From the NCBI GenBank assembly GCA_965202625.1, contig CBDBBI010000010.1, positions 2,016,001 to 2,080,000 on the forward strand: a stretch of 64,000 nucleotides of DNA, given 5' to 3'. Every line of letters begins with the position of its first letter. The stretch's first letter is position 1. This DNA comes from a bacterium. Its GTDB lineage: Bacteria > UBA8248. Below are positions 26,656 through 36,286 of the stretch, one piece after another. Both the position numbers and the translations under genes were made by a program. The notes beneath the pieces are model-generated. The model saw nothing but the letters and a program-made list of their open reading frames with translations. It was not told the DNA's origin and searched no databases.

Positions 26656-27339
26656 ATGAAAGAACCTCCGTGCCCGATTGCGCCGAGCGAAGTTTCCCGG
26701 GCGTATCGGCAAATTCCCATGTGGGCGAGGGGTGAACTCGCCGATTTGTCCGAGGCGCAGCTGGACAGAACGGGCGCGGAGGAATGGGCGCGCTGGTCTC
26801 CAAGAAGACAACTGAGCCACATGGCCTACATCACGACGAGGTGGTTCATGGTTCTCTATGGCGCCACCCGCTTGCCATGGAGCGTCGTGGACATGAGCCA
26901 GTTCGCCACGTTCATCAATACACGAGACGACGACCGTCGTTTTTCGTCGGATCGGTATAGGGATGCCGAATGGTTGCATTTGCGTTTTTTTGAGGCGTGC
27001 GAAGCGGCGGCGACCCAGATTGAAAAACGCGGGGAGGAGGGCGCGACGGACAAAACGCTTCTGTTCGTTTTTACGGATTCATCTCTTGTGGGCGCGAGCG
27101 AGGAGCGTTCAGTTGATTTGTGGAATCGTTGCATGAGGTGCCATCCGGATGGATTTGTGGTCGACTCTGAACATGGGCATGGATTTCGGATTACGCCTTT
27201 TGCGATTTTGCGTCATGTGCTTTGGGACAATTTGATTCATTTGCGCTCCATCAGGTTGCATCGTGAAGCCTTGGGGCTATCGCCCGTCTATCCTGATGCT
27301 CCCCTGGGCGGCTATGCCCCCGCTTATCCAGTTCGTTGA
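26656..27339 (+). CDS. DinB/YfiT-like protein, paralogue A
   Basis: WSPRRQLSHMA ... LRHVLWDNLIHLRSI His-triad pattern. Confidence 0.65.
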   Translation: MKEPPCPIAPSEVSRAYRQIPMWARGELADLSEAQLDRTGAEEWARWSPRRQLSHMAYITTRWFMVLYGATRLPWSVVDMSQFATFINTRDDDRRFSSDRYRDAEWLHLRFFEACEAAATQIEKRGEEGATDKTLLFVFTDSSLVGASEERSVDLWNRCMRCHPDGFVVDSEHGHGFRITPFAILRHVLWDNLIHLRSIRLHREALGLSPVYPDAPLGGYAPAYPVR

Positions 27340-27842
27340 TGCGAATCGTCAATCCATCACGGGCGAATTTCCTTTTCTGGTTTTTGTTCGTCTCGTTCGC
27401 ATCCGCAACGGGTGCTCTTTTGTTCTTTTCTGAATCGCTGTTTCTGGGCAGAGCGGGCGTAAAAGCGTCCTTGATGGAGGAGGCAAAGAAATTAAAGGGC
27501 ATGGCGCCAGAGGCGCGCACGAAAAACGTGGGTCGCATTCTCAAGGGGTATTTGGATGCCTCGAAACACACGAGTCGCGCGGTTGTTCGCGTTTCAGAGG
27601 CCACCGCTGATAGATTGTCGCTCGACGTGCGGCTGCCGTGGGCGGAGGTGAGTGCGAAAAAAAGAAGGCAAAGGGCGGAACTCGTTTGCCGCCTGGGCGG
27701 CGATTTGCTTGCGGGGGCGGGGGCAAAGGACGCGGTTTTTCTCGTGAACATCGTCCGGATGAGAAAAGATGCAACGGGCGGCGAGCACGTGGGCGCGATG
27801 AGGTATTCTGCGAGCGATAAAGAGTGCATCTGGAAAGAGTAG
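27336..27842 (+). CDS. Hypothetical protein with N-terminal membrane anchor
   Basis: Coupled ORF with a hydrophobic N-terminal helix; no family recognised. Confidence 0.6.
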   Translation: MMRIVNPSRANFLFWFLFVSFASATGALLFFSESLFLGRAGVKASLMEEAKKLKGMAPEARTKNVGRILKGYLDASKHTSRAVVRVSEATADRLSLDVRLPWAEVSAKKRRQRAELVCRLGGDLLAGAGAKDAVFLVNIVRMRKDATGGEHVGAMRYSASDKECIWKE

Positions 27843-27940
27843 TTTTTGGGGAAATTCCGGTCGTGTTTCAGGCTAAAAGCGCCTTGTTTCTGCTAGACTG
27901 AACGCCTATGGCTGATCTCTGACGCCGAACGGAAGGGGAA

Positions 27941-28846
27941 ATGGTTGTGGCCTTTGCAACTGTCGCCATTATAAGCCCGGGAGATATGGGACATGCGGTA
28001 GGTCGCGCGCTGGGTTCGCATGGGATTGAGGTGATAACCTGCCTTGCGAACAGAAGCGAGCGAACGAGGCGCTTGGCCTCGAAAGGGGGAATACGGGATT
28101 GTCCGACTTTGGCGGAAATGCTGGAGCGCGCGGACGTTGTGTTGTCCATCGTGCCTCCGGGCGCGGCCGTTCAGACGGCGGATGCAGTGGCGAAATCCAT
28201 GTGGGTTTCTGGCTTTCACCCCCCTTATGCGGATTGCAACGCTGTATCGCCAGAGGCGGCGCGCGCTATCGCAAGGAGAATTGCAGGTGTCGGAGCAGAT
28301 TTTATTGACGGAGGGATATTGGGTCCCCCGCCCGGCGAGGCGAGGAGTGCAACCAGGTTGTATTTCAGCGGGGAGCGGGCGGAGTCGTTGGCGGAATTGG
28401 ATGGAAAGGGAATCGTCGTTCGCATGCTTGGAGGGGAAGTGGGGCGGGCTTCTGGACTCAAGATGTGCTACGCCGCTCTCACGAAAGGAACCCACGCTCT
28501 TCAAACGGCGGTCCTCACCCTGGCGGAAGCCCTTGGCCTCACCGAGGAGGCGAGCCGTGAGTTTCAAACCAGCCAGGAGGCTCTTTATAAACAAATGGTT
28601 TCGAGCGCGCCTCGTCTTCCCGTCGTAGCGTGGCGATACGTTGATGAGATGAAACAAATTGCGCAGACCTTCGAGGCGGCCGGCGTCACCCCGATGTTTC
28701 ATCAAGGAGCGGCGGCCGTCTATTCCCATCTGGCGGGCACGCCCTTGGCGGAACAAACCTTGGAGACCATGAACAAGGCCTTGTCGCCGCATCAAGCCGC
28801 TGCGGTGTATGCGGAGTACTTGCCGATGAAAACGGACGGCAGTTGA
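27941..28846 (+). CDS. NAD(P)-dependent oxidoreductase, beta-hydroxyacid dehydrogenase-like (DUF1932-type C-terminus)
   Basis: ISPGDMGHAVG, YADCNAVSP, DGGILGPPP, ASGLKMCYAALTKG, AWRYVDEM. Confidence 0.85.
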   Translation: MVVAFATVAIISPGDMGHAVGRALGSHGIEVITCLANRSERTRRLASKGGIRDCPTLAEMLERADVVLSIVPPGAAVQTADAVAKSMWVSGFHPPYADCNAVSPEAARAIARRIAGVGADFIDGGILGPPPGEARSATRLYFSGERAESLAELDGKGIVVRMLGGEVGRASGLKMCYAALTKGTHALQTAVLTLAEALGLTEEASREFQTSQEALYKQMVSSAPRLPVVAWRYVDEMKQIAQTFEAAGVTPMFHQGAAAVYSHLAGTPLAEQTLETMNKALSPHQAAAVYAEYLPMKTDGS

Positions 28847-28864
28847 AGCTTAGGGGAAAACGAC

Positions 28865-29536
28865 GTGCCAGAAGACTTATCCATTCCAGGGCTGGACGTT
28901 TTTCCGGAATACGGAAGCTTGGCGGATTTGTTTAGAGGAGAGACGGACGGACTTGCGCAAGAGTTCTGTGAATGGAGGTTGCCTGAGAAAAGTTGGGGGG
29001 TTTGGTCCATCAAGGAGCAAGTCAGCCATACGGCTTGGATACCGTATCTTTTTTTTCTCGAGCTCTGGCCTCCCGTTTTGTATCCGGATTCTTTGCCGCG
29101 CGATAAATCTTTGGCGGATACGGGGGATGCGGACAGAATGCTGGATCCCGTCCGATTTCCCGAAATGTCCGACGTTCTGGCAGCCCTTGATGATGCTTGC
29201 GCTTTGTGCCGGGAGGTTCTCTCGAAAGAAACGCTTGCGACGTTGAGAAACAAGGAATTGCCCAGGCGATATTCTCCGGATAGGGCGTGGTCGAACGGCG
29301 AGCGGGTGATGGACTATCTACGAAACCTTGTTTTGCCCGCCCACAAGAGCGGTTTTCGTCAAGACGAAAACGATTCGCATCTGTATTACCAGACGCTTGA
29401 ATGCACGTTTCGCCACATATTGTGGGAGGCGTATGCGCACTTGATCACGATTCAGGCATTCAAACGCATCAAAAGCTTTCCGATTCATTCCAATGTGCCG
29501 AGAGACGGATACGCCGCGTTGCTCGCATGGGAGTAG
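28865..29536 (+). CDS. DinB/YfiT-like protein, paralogue B
   Basis: WSIKEQVSHTA ... FRHILWEAYAHLITI; colinear with 26656..27339. Confidence 0.65.
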   Translation: MPEDLSIPGLDVFPEYGSLADLFRGETDGLAQEFCEWRLPEKSWGVWSIKEQVSHTAWIPYLFFLELWPPVLYPDSLPRDKSLADTGDADRMLDPVRFPEMSDVLAALDDACALCREVLSKETLATLRNKELPRRYSPDRAWSNGERVMDYLRNLVLPAHKSGFRQDENDSHLYYQTLECTFRHILWEAYAHLITIQAFKRIKSFPIHSNVPRDGYAALLAWE

Positions 29537-29836
29537 CCGCGCTCATTTTCCGGAGTTGTTTTCGTTTTGCCATTCGACTCGAAACGGGAGATAGTCCATG
29601 AATCCCCCTTGACGGGAGAGTGGCGCGTCGCCTGCTGGACGTTCGTTCGTGCAATCCGTCATGTCGGGGGGGCTTCACGCCGCTCAATGGGTTCCGCGCA
29701 TTCCGGGTTCAAAGAGATGATGGCTCCAGGATACTGCAAGTTTCGATGCCCGAGCTAGGCCGTTCGTTTGGTTCCCTCGTTGATCGAGCCTGTGCGGGGT
29801 TACACTTGCCTGCCGGCCAGCCTGGATTTGGAAGTT

Positions 29837-30087
29837 CAGGCCGCCGCGTTCTATCGGCAGCGGCTGCGCGACGCCCCCGCGCATCCCGACGTCGAGAACG
29901 CGGCGGACACGGACGCCCTCGCCGCCATCACGCTCGACGACCTGCTTTGAACGACTTTTGCAACGCCCTTGCACGGCCGTTTTACGAGCCGTTTATGCCG
30001 CTAAAAACAGCGGATTTTCCAAGGTGTTTTGCCTCCGAAAATCCGCCGTTTTTCCAGGCCATTCGCAATTATTTTTGTTTGGCTACA
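29837..30087 (+). mobile_element. Small phage relic: 3' fragment of a tail-fibre-assembly-like gene plus a putative transposable-phage end
   Basis: YRQRLRDAPAHPDVENAADTDALAAITLDDLL* fragment; ATTCGCAATTATTT shared with the 57.5-61.3 kb relic; ends in ACA. Confidence 0.5.
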
Positions 30088-30120
30088 AAGCGTTTTCGGA
30101 ACGGGCTTTAGGGATAAGCA

Positions 30121-30900
30121 CTAAAATCTGGGTTTGGAATACACCTCAAGGCAAGAAAGAATTTTTTCCGTATTTTCTTTGAGGCCAAAGAGGACGAGCC
30201 CTTCGGCTTTCTCCCCGTTCGCGAGTTTTTTCAGATCAAGAGCGCGACCATCTGGATGATGCGCGCCTCCGCCCACTTCTGCTAAAACCGCCAGGGGTCC
30301 CAGGATGTCCCAGATTTGTGGACTATCGACCAGGGCGGCGATGACGCCTCCGGTGGCTGCATATGCCACGTGAGCGGAAGCGCTTCCGTAGGCGACGGAT
30401 TTTCCCGGGTAGTCCAGCTTGTAAAACCGTTTTCGGGATGAGGGGCCAAGCATCACAGTTTGATTGGTGATTTCCACGGCCTCCAGGAACGGGAGCGTCT
30501 TTCCGTTTCTTGTGGCTCCTGCTCCCTGAATGGCGAGAAACGTCTCATCCACCATGGGCATGTGAAATCCTCCGGCGATGGGTTTTCCATTTTCCATGAC
30601 GCCGATGGATATGCCCCAGGTAGGCAGCCCATGCAGAAATGGATTTGTTCCGTCAATAGGATCGATCGCCCAAAGACGAGAGTGCCTCTGAGGCTGCGTC
30701 TCTCCGCCTCCGAGTTCTTCTCCAATCACGGCGTCTCCCGGAAACGATCCTCTGAGGCGGGAGATGATGAACCTCTCTACTTCAAAGTCGGCTTCGCTCA
30801 CCAGGCTCCGATCCTGTTTTCGGACACCTTTGGCCTTGTCTGTGAATGAGAGGGCCAGTTCTCCGGCATCTTTCAGGATATTTTCTATGAATTCGAGCAT
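30121..30900 (-). CDS. Inositol monophosphatase family protein
   Basis: VSEAD, IGEE, WAIDPIDGTNPF, WDI motifs; start MLEFIE at 30900. Confidence 0.9.
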   Translation of the reverse strand: MLEFIENILKDAGELALSFTDKAKGVRKQDRSLVSEADFEVERFIISRLRGSFPGDAVIGEELGGGETQPQRHSRLWAIDPIDGTNPFLHGLPTWGISIGVMENGKPIAGGFHMPMVDETFLAIQGAGATRNGKTLPFLEAVEITNQTVMLGPSSRKRFYKLDYPGKSVAYGSASAHVAYAATGGVIAALVDSPQIWDILGPLAVLAEVGGGAHHPDGRALDLKKLANGEKAEGLVLFGLKENTEKILSCLEVYSKPRF

Positions 30901-31053
30901 GGAAGCACCGAGCACTCCGATTGCTTTGAACGTGTGGCCATCGCCGAGGGAACAACCTATCCTGTGGAGCGGAAACTTTCCAGCCCGCTGGGGAAAACGC
31001 CCATCCGAGAGGTTGCGGATACCGTTTTGTTTCAATTGAGATAAGATTGGCGC

Positions 31054-32427
31054 ATGACGCGCTTGAGAACGCAAGTCAAAAGATATGATTATACCGAAGG
31101 CGCCATCGGGCGAGGTCTGGTGGTTCTTTCCCTGCCCATTTTCGCAGAACTGATAGCCTGGAACGTTGACACCATCGTTGAAATTTATTGGGTGGGCCGG
31201 TTGGGTCCGGATGCGCTCGGGGCGATGTCGCTGGGATTCATGGTTCCCATGATGGTGAGAGCTGTGGGCATGGGGATTCGCGTGGCGGGACAAGCACTCA
31301 TCGCGCAGAGAATTGGCGCGAACGACGAGGAGGGAGCCGCTCTTCTCGCCGGCCAATGTATTCTGCTTCAAGTGCTTTTTTTTATCCCCCTATGCGGAGC
31401 GGGGTACCTTCTCGCCCCTCGCCTGATGGGATGGATGACGTCCGATCCGCAGCTTTTGCGTTTGGCGACAAGCTACGTGCGCGCCGGATTTCTCATGCTC
31501 TTGTTCATTGATGGCGTATTTACGCTTGCGAATATATTTCGCGGCGCCGGCGAGCCGAAGTATTCGCTTTTCGCCATGATCGTCAATTCATGCGTTACGT
31601 TCGTTGCCATGCCCGCTCTTATTTTTGGTTTTGGGCCGATTCCGCCGTTACACTTAGCCGGCGCGTATCTTGGGTTGGGCGTCGGCAGACTGACCGGATC
31701 CGCCGTCATGCTGCGTATTCTTTTTAAAGGAAACGCCAGGATACGCTTGAAGTGGCGCCATCTCGCCCCACGCTCACAGGAGATGAAGCGCGTGTTGGAG
31801 CTGGGGTGGCCCGCTTGGGGACAAATGTTTTTCGAGCGGGGCGCCAACCTTGTGTTGGTGTGGATGCTTGCTCCGTTTGGCGCGTTGGCGCTTGCGGCGT
31901 GGGGCCTGGGCAGTCGCGTCAACAACATGGGGAGGATGCCCGGATTCTCGCTTCAAGGGGCGGTGCGAACGATGGTGGGTCAAAACATCGGCGCGAGAAA
32001 GCCTGGGCGGGCCATGCGCAGCGCATGGGTGACGGTGGGGGCGGTATTTTCTATCATGGTTGTCGTCATCACAGGTTTTGGCGTTTGGGCGAAGGAGATC
32101 GTCTCTTTTTTTGGAGTGAGGGGCGCCGCTTTGTCCCACGCGGTCGTTTGTCTGCGGATATTGTGCGTTGGTCTCGGGTTTGAGGCCGTGCGGCGCGTGG
32201 TGGCGGGGATATTTGAAGGGGCGTCATACACCAGACCTCCGATGATCGTTGAGGCGATAGTGCGCTGGGTTGTGCAGTTGCCCGGCGCGTATGTGCTGGC
32301 TGTGTGGATGGGATTCAAGGAATTGGGAATTTGGTGGGCGGTGGCGGCGAGTCAGCTTATCGGCGGCGTGGCGCTGTTCGCGTGGTTTGCGATTGGCTGG
32401 CGGCGGCGGGTGGGGCACCTTGAATGA
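31054..32427 (+). CDS. MATE family efflux transporter
   Basis: LSLPI, WVGRLGPDALGA, IAQRIGA, FRGAGE, VGQNIGA; 12-TM pattern. Confidence 0.92.
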   Translation: MTRLRTQVKRYDYTEGAIGRGLVVLSLPIFAELIAWNVDTIVEIYWVGRLGPDALGAMSLGFMVPMMVRAVGMGIRVAGQALIAQRIGANDEEGAALLAGQCILLQVLFFIPLCGAGYLLAPRLMGWMTSDPQLLRLATSYVRAGFLMLLFIDGVFTLANIFRGAGEPKYSLFAMIVNSCVTFVAMPALIFGFGPIPPLHLAGAYLGLGVGRLTGSAVMLRILFKGNARIRLKWRHLAPRSQEMKRVLELGWPAWGQMFFERGANLVLVWMLAPFGALALAAWGLGSRVNNMGRMPGFSLQGAVRTMVGQNIGARKPGRAMRSAWVTVGAVFSIMVVVITGFGVWAKEIVSFFGVRGAALSHAVVCLRILCVGLGFEAVRRVVAGIFEGASYTRPPMIVEAIVRWVVQLPGAYVLAVWMGFKELGIWWAVAASQLIGGVALFAWFAIGWRRRVGHLE

Positions 32428-33698
32428 AAGGCCGAACCGCCTGCGGCGTCAAGACCTGAGCGTCATTCCTCATGCCTGGAGCCAATAACCTGGAACGCCG
32501 ATAAGATGGTCGAAATCTTTTGGGTGGGGTGCCTGGGGCCCGAATAGCTGGCCGCTGTGTCTTTGAGCTTTCTGATCATCTTCTTTTTTCTTGCGGTTAG
32601 CTTTGGCGTCAGAATCGCCGACAGTGCTTTGGTGGCCCAGAAGGTTGGAGCGGGAGAACCTGAAAGCGCAAGCCATGTGGCAGGCCAGTCGCTTTTGCTT
32701 GCGGGTGCGTATTACGTCGCGTTTGCTCAGCCTCCTGACTTCCGACGCTGAAGTGATTCGGGTGGACGTTGGATATTTGCAGGCGTCGCTCACCATCGCG
32801 TTCGTGGACGGCGCTTTTGCGGTCTCGCATCAACTGAGAGCGACTGGCCAACCTGGAAAGTCTTTGGCTGGTCTTGGCGTTTCGACCCTCGTGTCCGTCG
32901 CCTTGATTCCCTCTCTTGTCTTTGGACTGGGACCGTTTCCGGAATGGGGGCTCCCTGGTTCCGCTTTTGGCGTCGGTGCGGGCCGGACGCTTTCGTCTCT
33001 ATATCAGATGGCGTCATCTTAAGCCCCATGCGGGGACCATGTGGCGCATCGTTTCTTTGGGTTGGCCGGCGTCGACGCAAAATGTGCTTGAGTGAGGCGC
33101 TCTTCGCATTCTGCTTAAGATTTTAGCGTTGCTTGGTCCGTTGGTGCTGGGCGCATGGTCGATTGGAAATCGACTTGGAACGGTTTCTCGTTTGCTTGAT
33201 TTTGGAATTCAGTCCGTCGTCCGGACGATGGTGGGGCAAAACATAGGCGCCGATCGGCCAGATCGCGCGTTGCGGAGCGTGAATCTCGCCATGTCTGGTT
33301 TGTTCGCCATCATGTGCGATATTATTTTTCTTTTTTATTTTTATGCGCAGGACATAGTTTTCCTCTTCGGAATGAGAGACGAAGGAATCAGCGTCGGCGT
33401 CCTTTGCGTGTGGGTACTCACCTTCGGCGCCTTGTTTGAGGCCATGCGGCGCATGTTGGCGGGCGCTTTTCAGGGAGCGGCCCATACGAAGCCGCCGATG
33501 GTTGTGGAGGCGTTCATTCGTTGGGGTTTTCAAATACCTCTCGCGTATTGCGCCGCCTTGCCGCTGGGGTTCGGCAACTCCGGCGTATAGGGTGCGATGG
33601 CGATAAGTCATTTTGCGGGCGGTATATGCCTTTTGGTTTGGTTTTACGTTTGGATCCGCAGGGGCGGGATCGGCTCACATGCGGAAGCGAGGTCTTGA
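32420..33698 (+). pseudogene. Degraded tandem MATE paralogue
   Basis: Fragments in several frames align to the upstream MATE (VEIFWVG, VAQKVGA, RTMVGQNIGA, TKPPMVVEA); in-frame TAG at 32545 and 33588 plus frameshifts and deletions. Confidence 0.85.
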
Positions 33699-33899
33699 CG
33701 GCTAGGCGACGCGAACCTTCCCTGAAACATTCTGTTCCATGACAATCGGGTTTGGGTGCGCCGATGGGGCGTATGCGCATGAAGCGGCGGAATGGCGCAA
33801 GTGGCTATGGCGCGGCTGATGGATTCTCGACGCGTCAAGTCCTCTTTTGGCATGGGCGTATGATTTGCTGTTGATTCATCGCGCGCCGAGACGAACGAC

Positions 33900-36284
33900 G
33901 TGAAAGGCGAGAGATTTATGAACCATAAAACGTGTTGTCTTTGTTTGATGTTGGTGGTTCTGTGCGTCTTCTCCCCTGTTGCGCATGTGGCGCAGGCTGA
34001 TTCCCTTGAAACAACGGAGGCGAAGGATTGGGGGATCGTTTTGGGCGATGCGACTCGATATCTGCAAGGCGGCGAGAAAACCCCCGGTCTTACCCAGGGG
34101 TATTTGTCCCTGGTGCGACGCGTCCGGGTGCGCGCGGATAGTGCCAAGGCGCGCTACGAAGAAGATCTTCGCCTTTCTGAAAAACTGCTCAAGGCCATCG
34201 GTCCTCCGCCGGCGAAGGGCGAGCTGCCCGAGACGAAGGAGATAGACGAGAGAAGGGAGCGTTATCACCGTCGAGTCACCATCGCACGCGCTCGCCTTGC
34301 CGAGGCAGAGGTGACCATCCTTCGCGCAGGAGGGCTTGAAGAAGCTTTGTCCGGCGTGAAGCTGGAGCGGCTGTTGAAAGGCGTTTCCCGGCGCCTTCCT
34401 GTGCCTGTTTCTCCGGACGTAATCAGAAAGGGTGTTCCAGAACTTGGAGCGAGGTTGTGGCGGGTGTTCCTTTCTCCGTTGGATTGGCGCGCGAATCTGC
34501 CTCCTGAAAGTAGTGCTGGCGCCGTTTTATGGCCAGGGATCGTAGTATTGGTTCTGGGCGCATTTTTGGGGTGGGGAATCAGGCGAAAGGTTTTGGCTTT
34601 CCTCGGCCGAGACTCTGGCATGTCGGAGCCCTCCTATGCGCGTCGGCTCGGCGGTGCCATCGCCGAAGGCGGCGCCAACGGCGTTTTGCCAGGCGTCGTT
34701 TTGGCGGCGCTTTATTTGTGGCTCACCCAACCAGGCGCTTTGGTGAGCGGGCTTTTTGCCGAGGCGCTCACTTCTTTTCTTGTGTCCATGCTGTTCTTTT
34801 GTTTGGTGGCCGCCTTCGCCCGATCGTTCTTCTCTCCCGATCGGCCGGCCTGGCGGCTCACCGGGCAATCCGCAGAAAACGCACGAAGCGCGTATCGCTT
34901 GATTCTTGTTCTAGCGGCGATTTTCTCGATCGACATGTTTTTTTCAAATCTTTGGGGCGAGGAGGGGGGTTCTCCTGAGTCCACGTCTATCTATCAGGCG
35001 GTGTTTGGCGTTTTGGAGGGTTGGTTTTTCATCAGGCTGGGGCGAGGGGAGCTCTGGCGAGCCGAAGCGCCCCAGGAAGGCGAAGGATTGCCTCCGGGAC
35101 GGGCGTGGGAATTCGTGCGTCGCGTGGCGAGGGGGCTCGCCATGCTCGGGGTTGCGGCGTTGTTTGTCGGCTATGGCGTTTTCGGCAAGCGCCTTCTCGC
35201 CAATCTCATCCTGACGAGCCTTCTTCTTTTTGCGGCGCTTTTTCTGCGCAGACTCCTGCATGAACTCCTGTCTTGGTCCGTCCGGTCGGAATTTGTCCAG
35301 AAGAAGTTGCGTGTTTCCTCTCCGATGGTGGAGGCGCTTCGTCCTTGGGTGCACGTGATTCTCGAGGCGGCCGTTTTCCTCTTCGGTGCTGTCCTTATCG
35401 TAGTCGCTTGGGGGGCACCGCCGGATGATCTCCTGCGCTGGATTTTGCGGGCGCTATCCGGATTCCAGATAGGCAGCATTCGCATCTCTGTCATCGACGT
35501 TGTTCTGGCCGTCCTCACCTTCTTTCTCGTCATGGCGGGGGCGAGGTTTTTGCAAATGCAGTTGTCCGAGCGGTTTCTTGAACAGACGAATTTGCCCTCG
35601 AGCGTGCGCCATTCCCTCAACGCGGGTCTGAGCTATGTGAGCGTGATCTTTGCGGCCCTGTTAAGCGTTTCTGTGGCGGGAATCAATCTCACAAATCTCG
35701 CTCTGGTTGCCGGTGCCATCTCTGTCGGGGTCGGTTTTGGACTGCAAAACGTGGTGAACAACTTTGTTTCTGGAATGATCCTTCTGGTCGAGAGGCCTAT
35801 CAAGGTGGGGGATTGGGTCCGCGTGGAGGACGATGAGGGAATTGTAAAAAAAGTCCAGTTTCGCGCGACGGAACTGGAAACTTTCCAGCGCGCTTCGGTG
35901 ATCATTCCGAACGCGAAGATCATTTCAACGTCGGTCCTCAATCTCACTCATCGGGACAACTATGGCCGCGTGGAAGTGAAGGTGGGCGTAGCGTATGGTT
36001 CTGACGTGGAAAAGGTGCGGGAGGTTCTGCTGGACGTCGCCAGTAAAAACGAACGGGTGAGCGATTCTCCGGCTCCTTTCGTCGTATTTCGCGATTTTGG
36101 TGCGAGCAGCTTGGATTTTGAGGTCCGCTGTTTCACTTCAAACGTCATGAGCCGAATGGGGGTCGGAAGCGATTTGAGGTTTACAATCGAGCGCCGATTT
36201 CGTGAGGAGGGCATCGAAATACCCTTCCCGCAAAGGGTGGTGAATCTTGTCAACCCGAAAGAGAACGAGGAGGAAGAGGCGTAG
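33900..36284 (+). CDS. Large MscS-family mechanosensitive channel (MscK/DUF3772-like)
   Basis: Signal peptide, coiled periplasmic domain, many TMs, GVGFGLQNVVNNFVSG, ERPIKVGDW, GVAYGSD, IEIPFPQR. Confidence 0.93.
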   Translation: MKGERFMNHKTCCLCLMLVVLCVFSPVAHVAQADSLETTEAKDWGIVLGDATRYLQGGEKTPGLTQGYLSLVRRVRVRADSAKARYEEDLRLSEKLLKAIGPPPAKGELPETKEIDERRERYHRRVTIARARLAEAEVTILRAGGLEEALSGVKLERLLKGVSRRLPVPVSPDVIRKGVPELGARLWRVFLSPLDWRANLPPESSAGAVLWPGIVVLVLGAFLGWGIRRKVLAFLGRDSGMSEPSYARRLGGAIAEGGANGVLPGVVLAALYLWLTQPGALVSGLFAEALTSFLVSMLFFCLVAAFARSFFSPDRPAWRLTGQSAENARSAYRLILVLAAIFSIDMFFSNLWGEEGGSPESTSIYQAVFGVLEGWFFIRLGRGELWRAEAPQEGEGLPPGRAWEFVRRVARGLAMLGVAALFVGYGVFGKRLLANLILTSLLLFAALFLRRLLHELLSWSVRSEFVQKKLRVSSPMVEALRPWVHVILEAAVFLFGAVLIVVAWGAPPDDLLRWILRALSGFQIGSIRISVIDVVLAVLTFFLVMAGARFLQMQLSERFLEQTNLPSSVRHSLNAGLSYVSVIFAALLSVSVAGINLTNLALVAGAISVGVGFGLQNVVNNFVSGMILLVERPIKVGDWVRVEDDEGIVKKVQFRATELETFQRASVIIPNAKIISTSVLNLTHRDNYGRVEVKVGVAYGSDVEKVREVLLDVASKNERVSDSPAPFVVFRDFGASSLDFEVRCFTSNVMSRMGVGSDLRFTIERRFREEGIEIPFPQRVVNLVNPKENEEEEA

Positions 36285-36286
36285 AA

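Noticed and set aside
30901-31371. Extended N-terminus of the inositol monophosphatase ORF
   Set aside because: Overlaps the divergent MATE gene; family homology begins at MLEFIE (30900)
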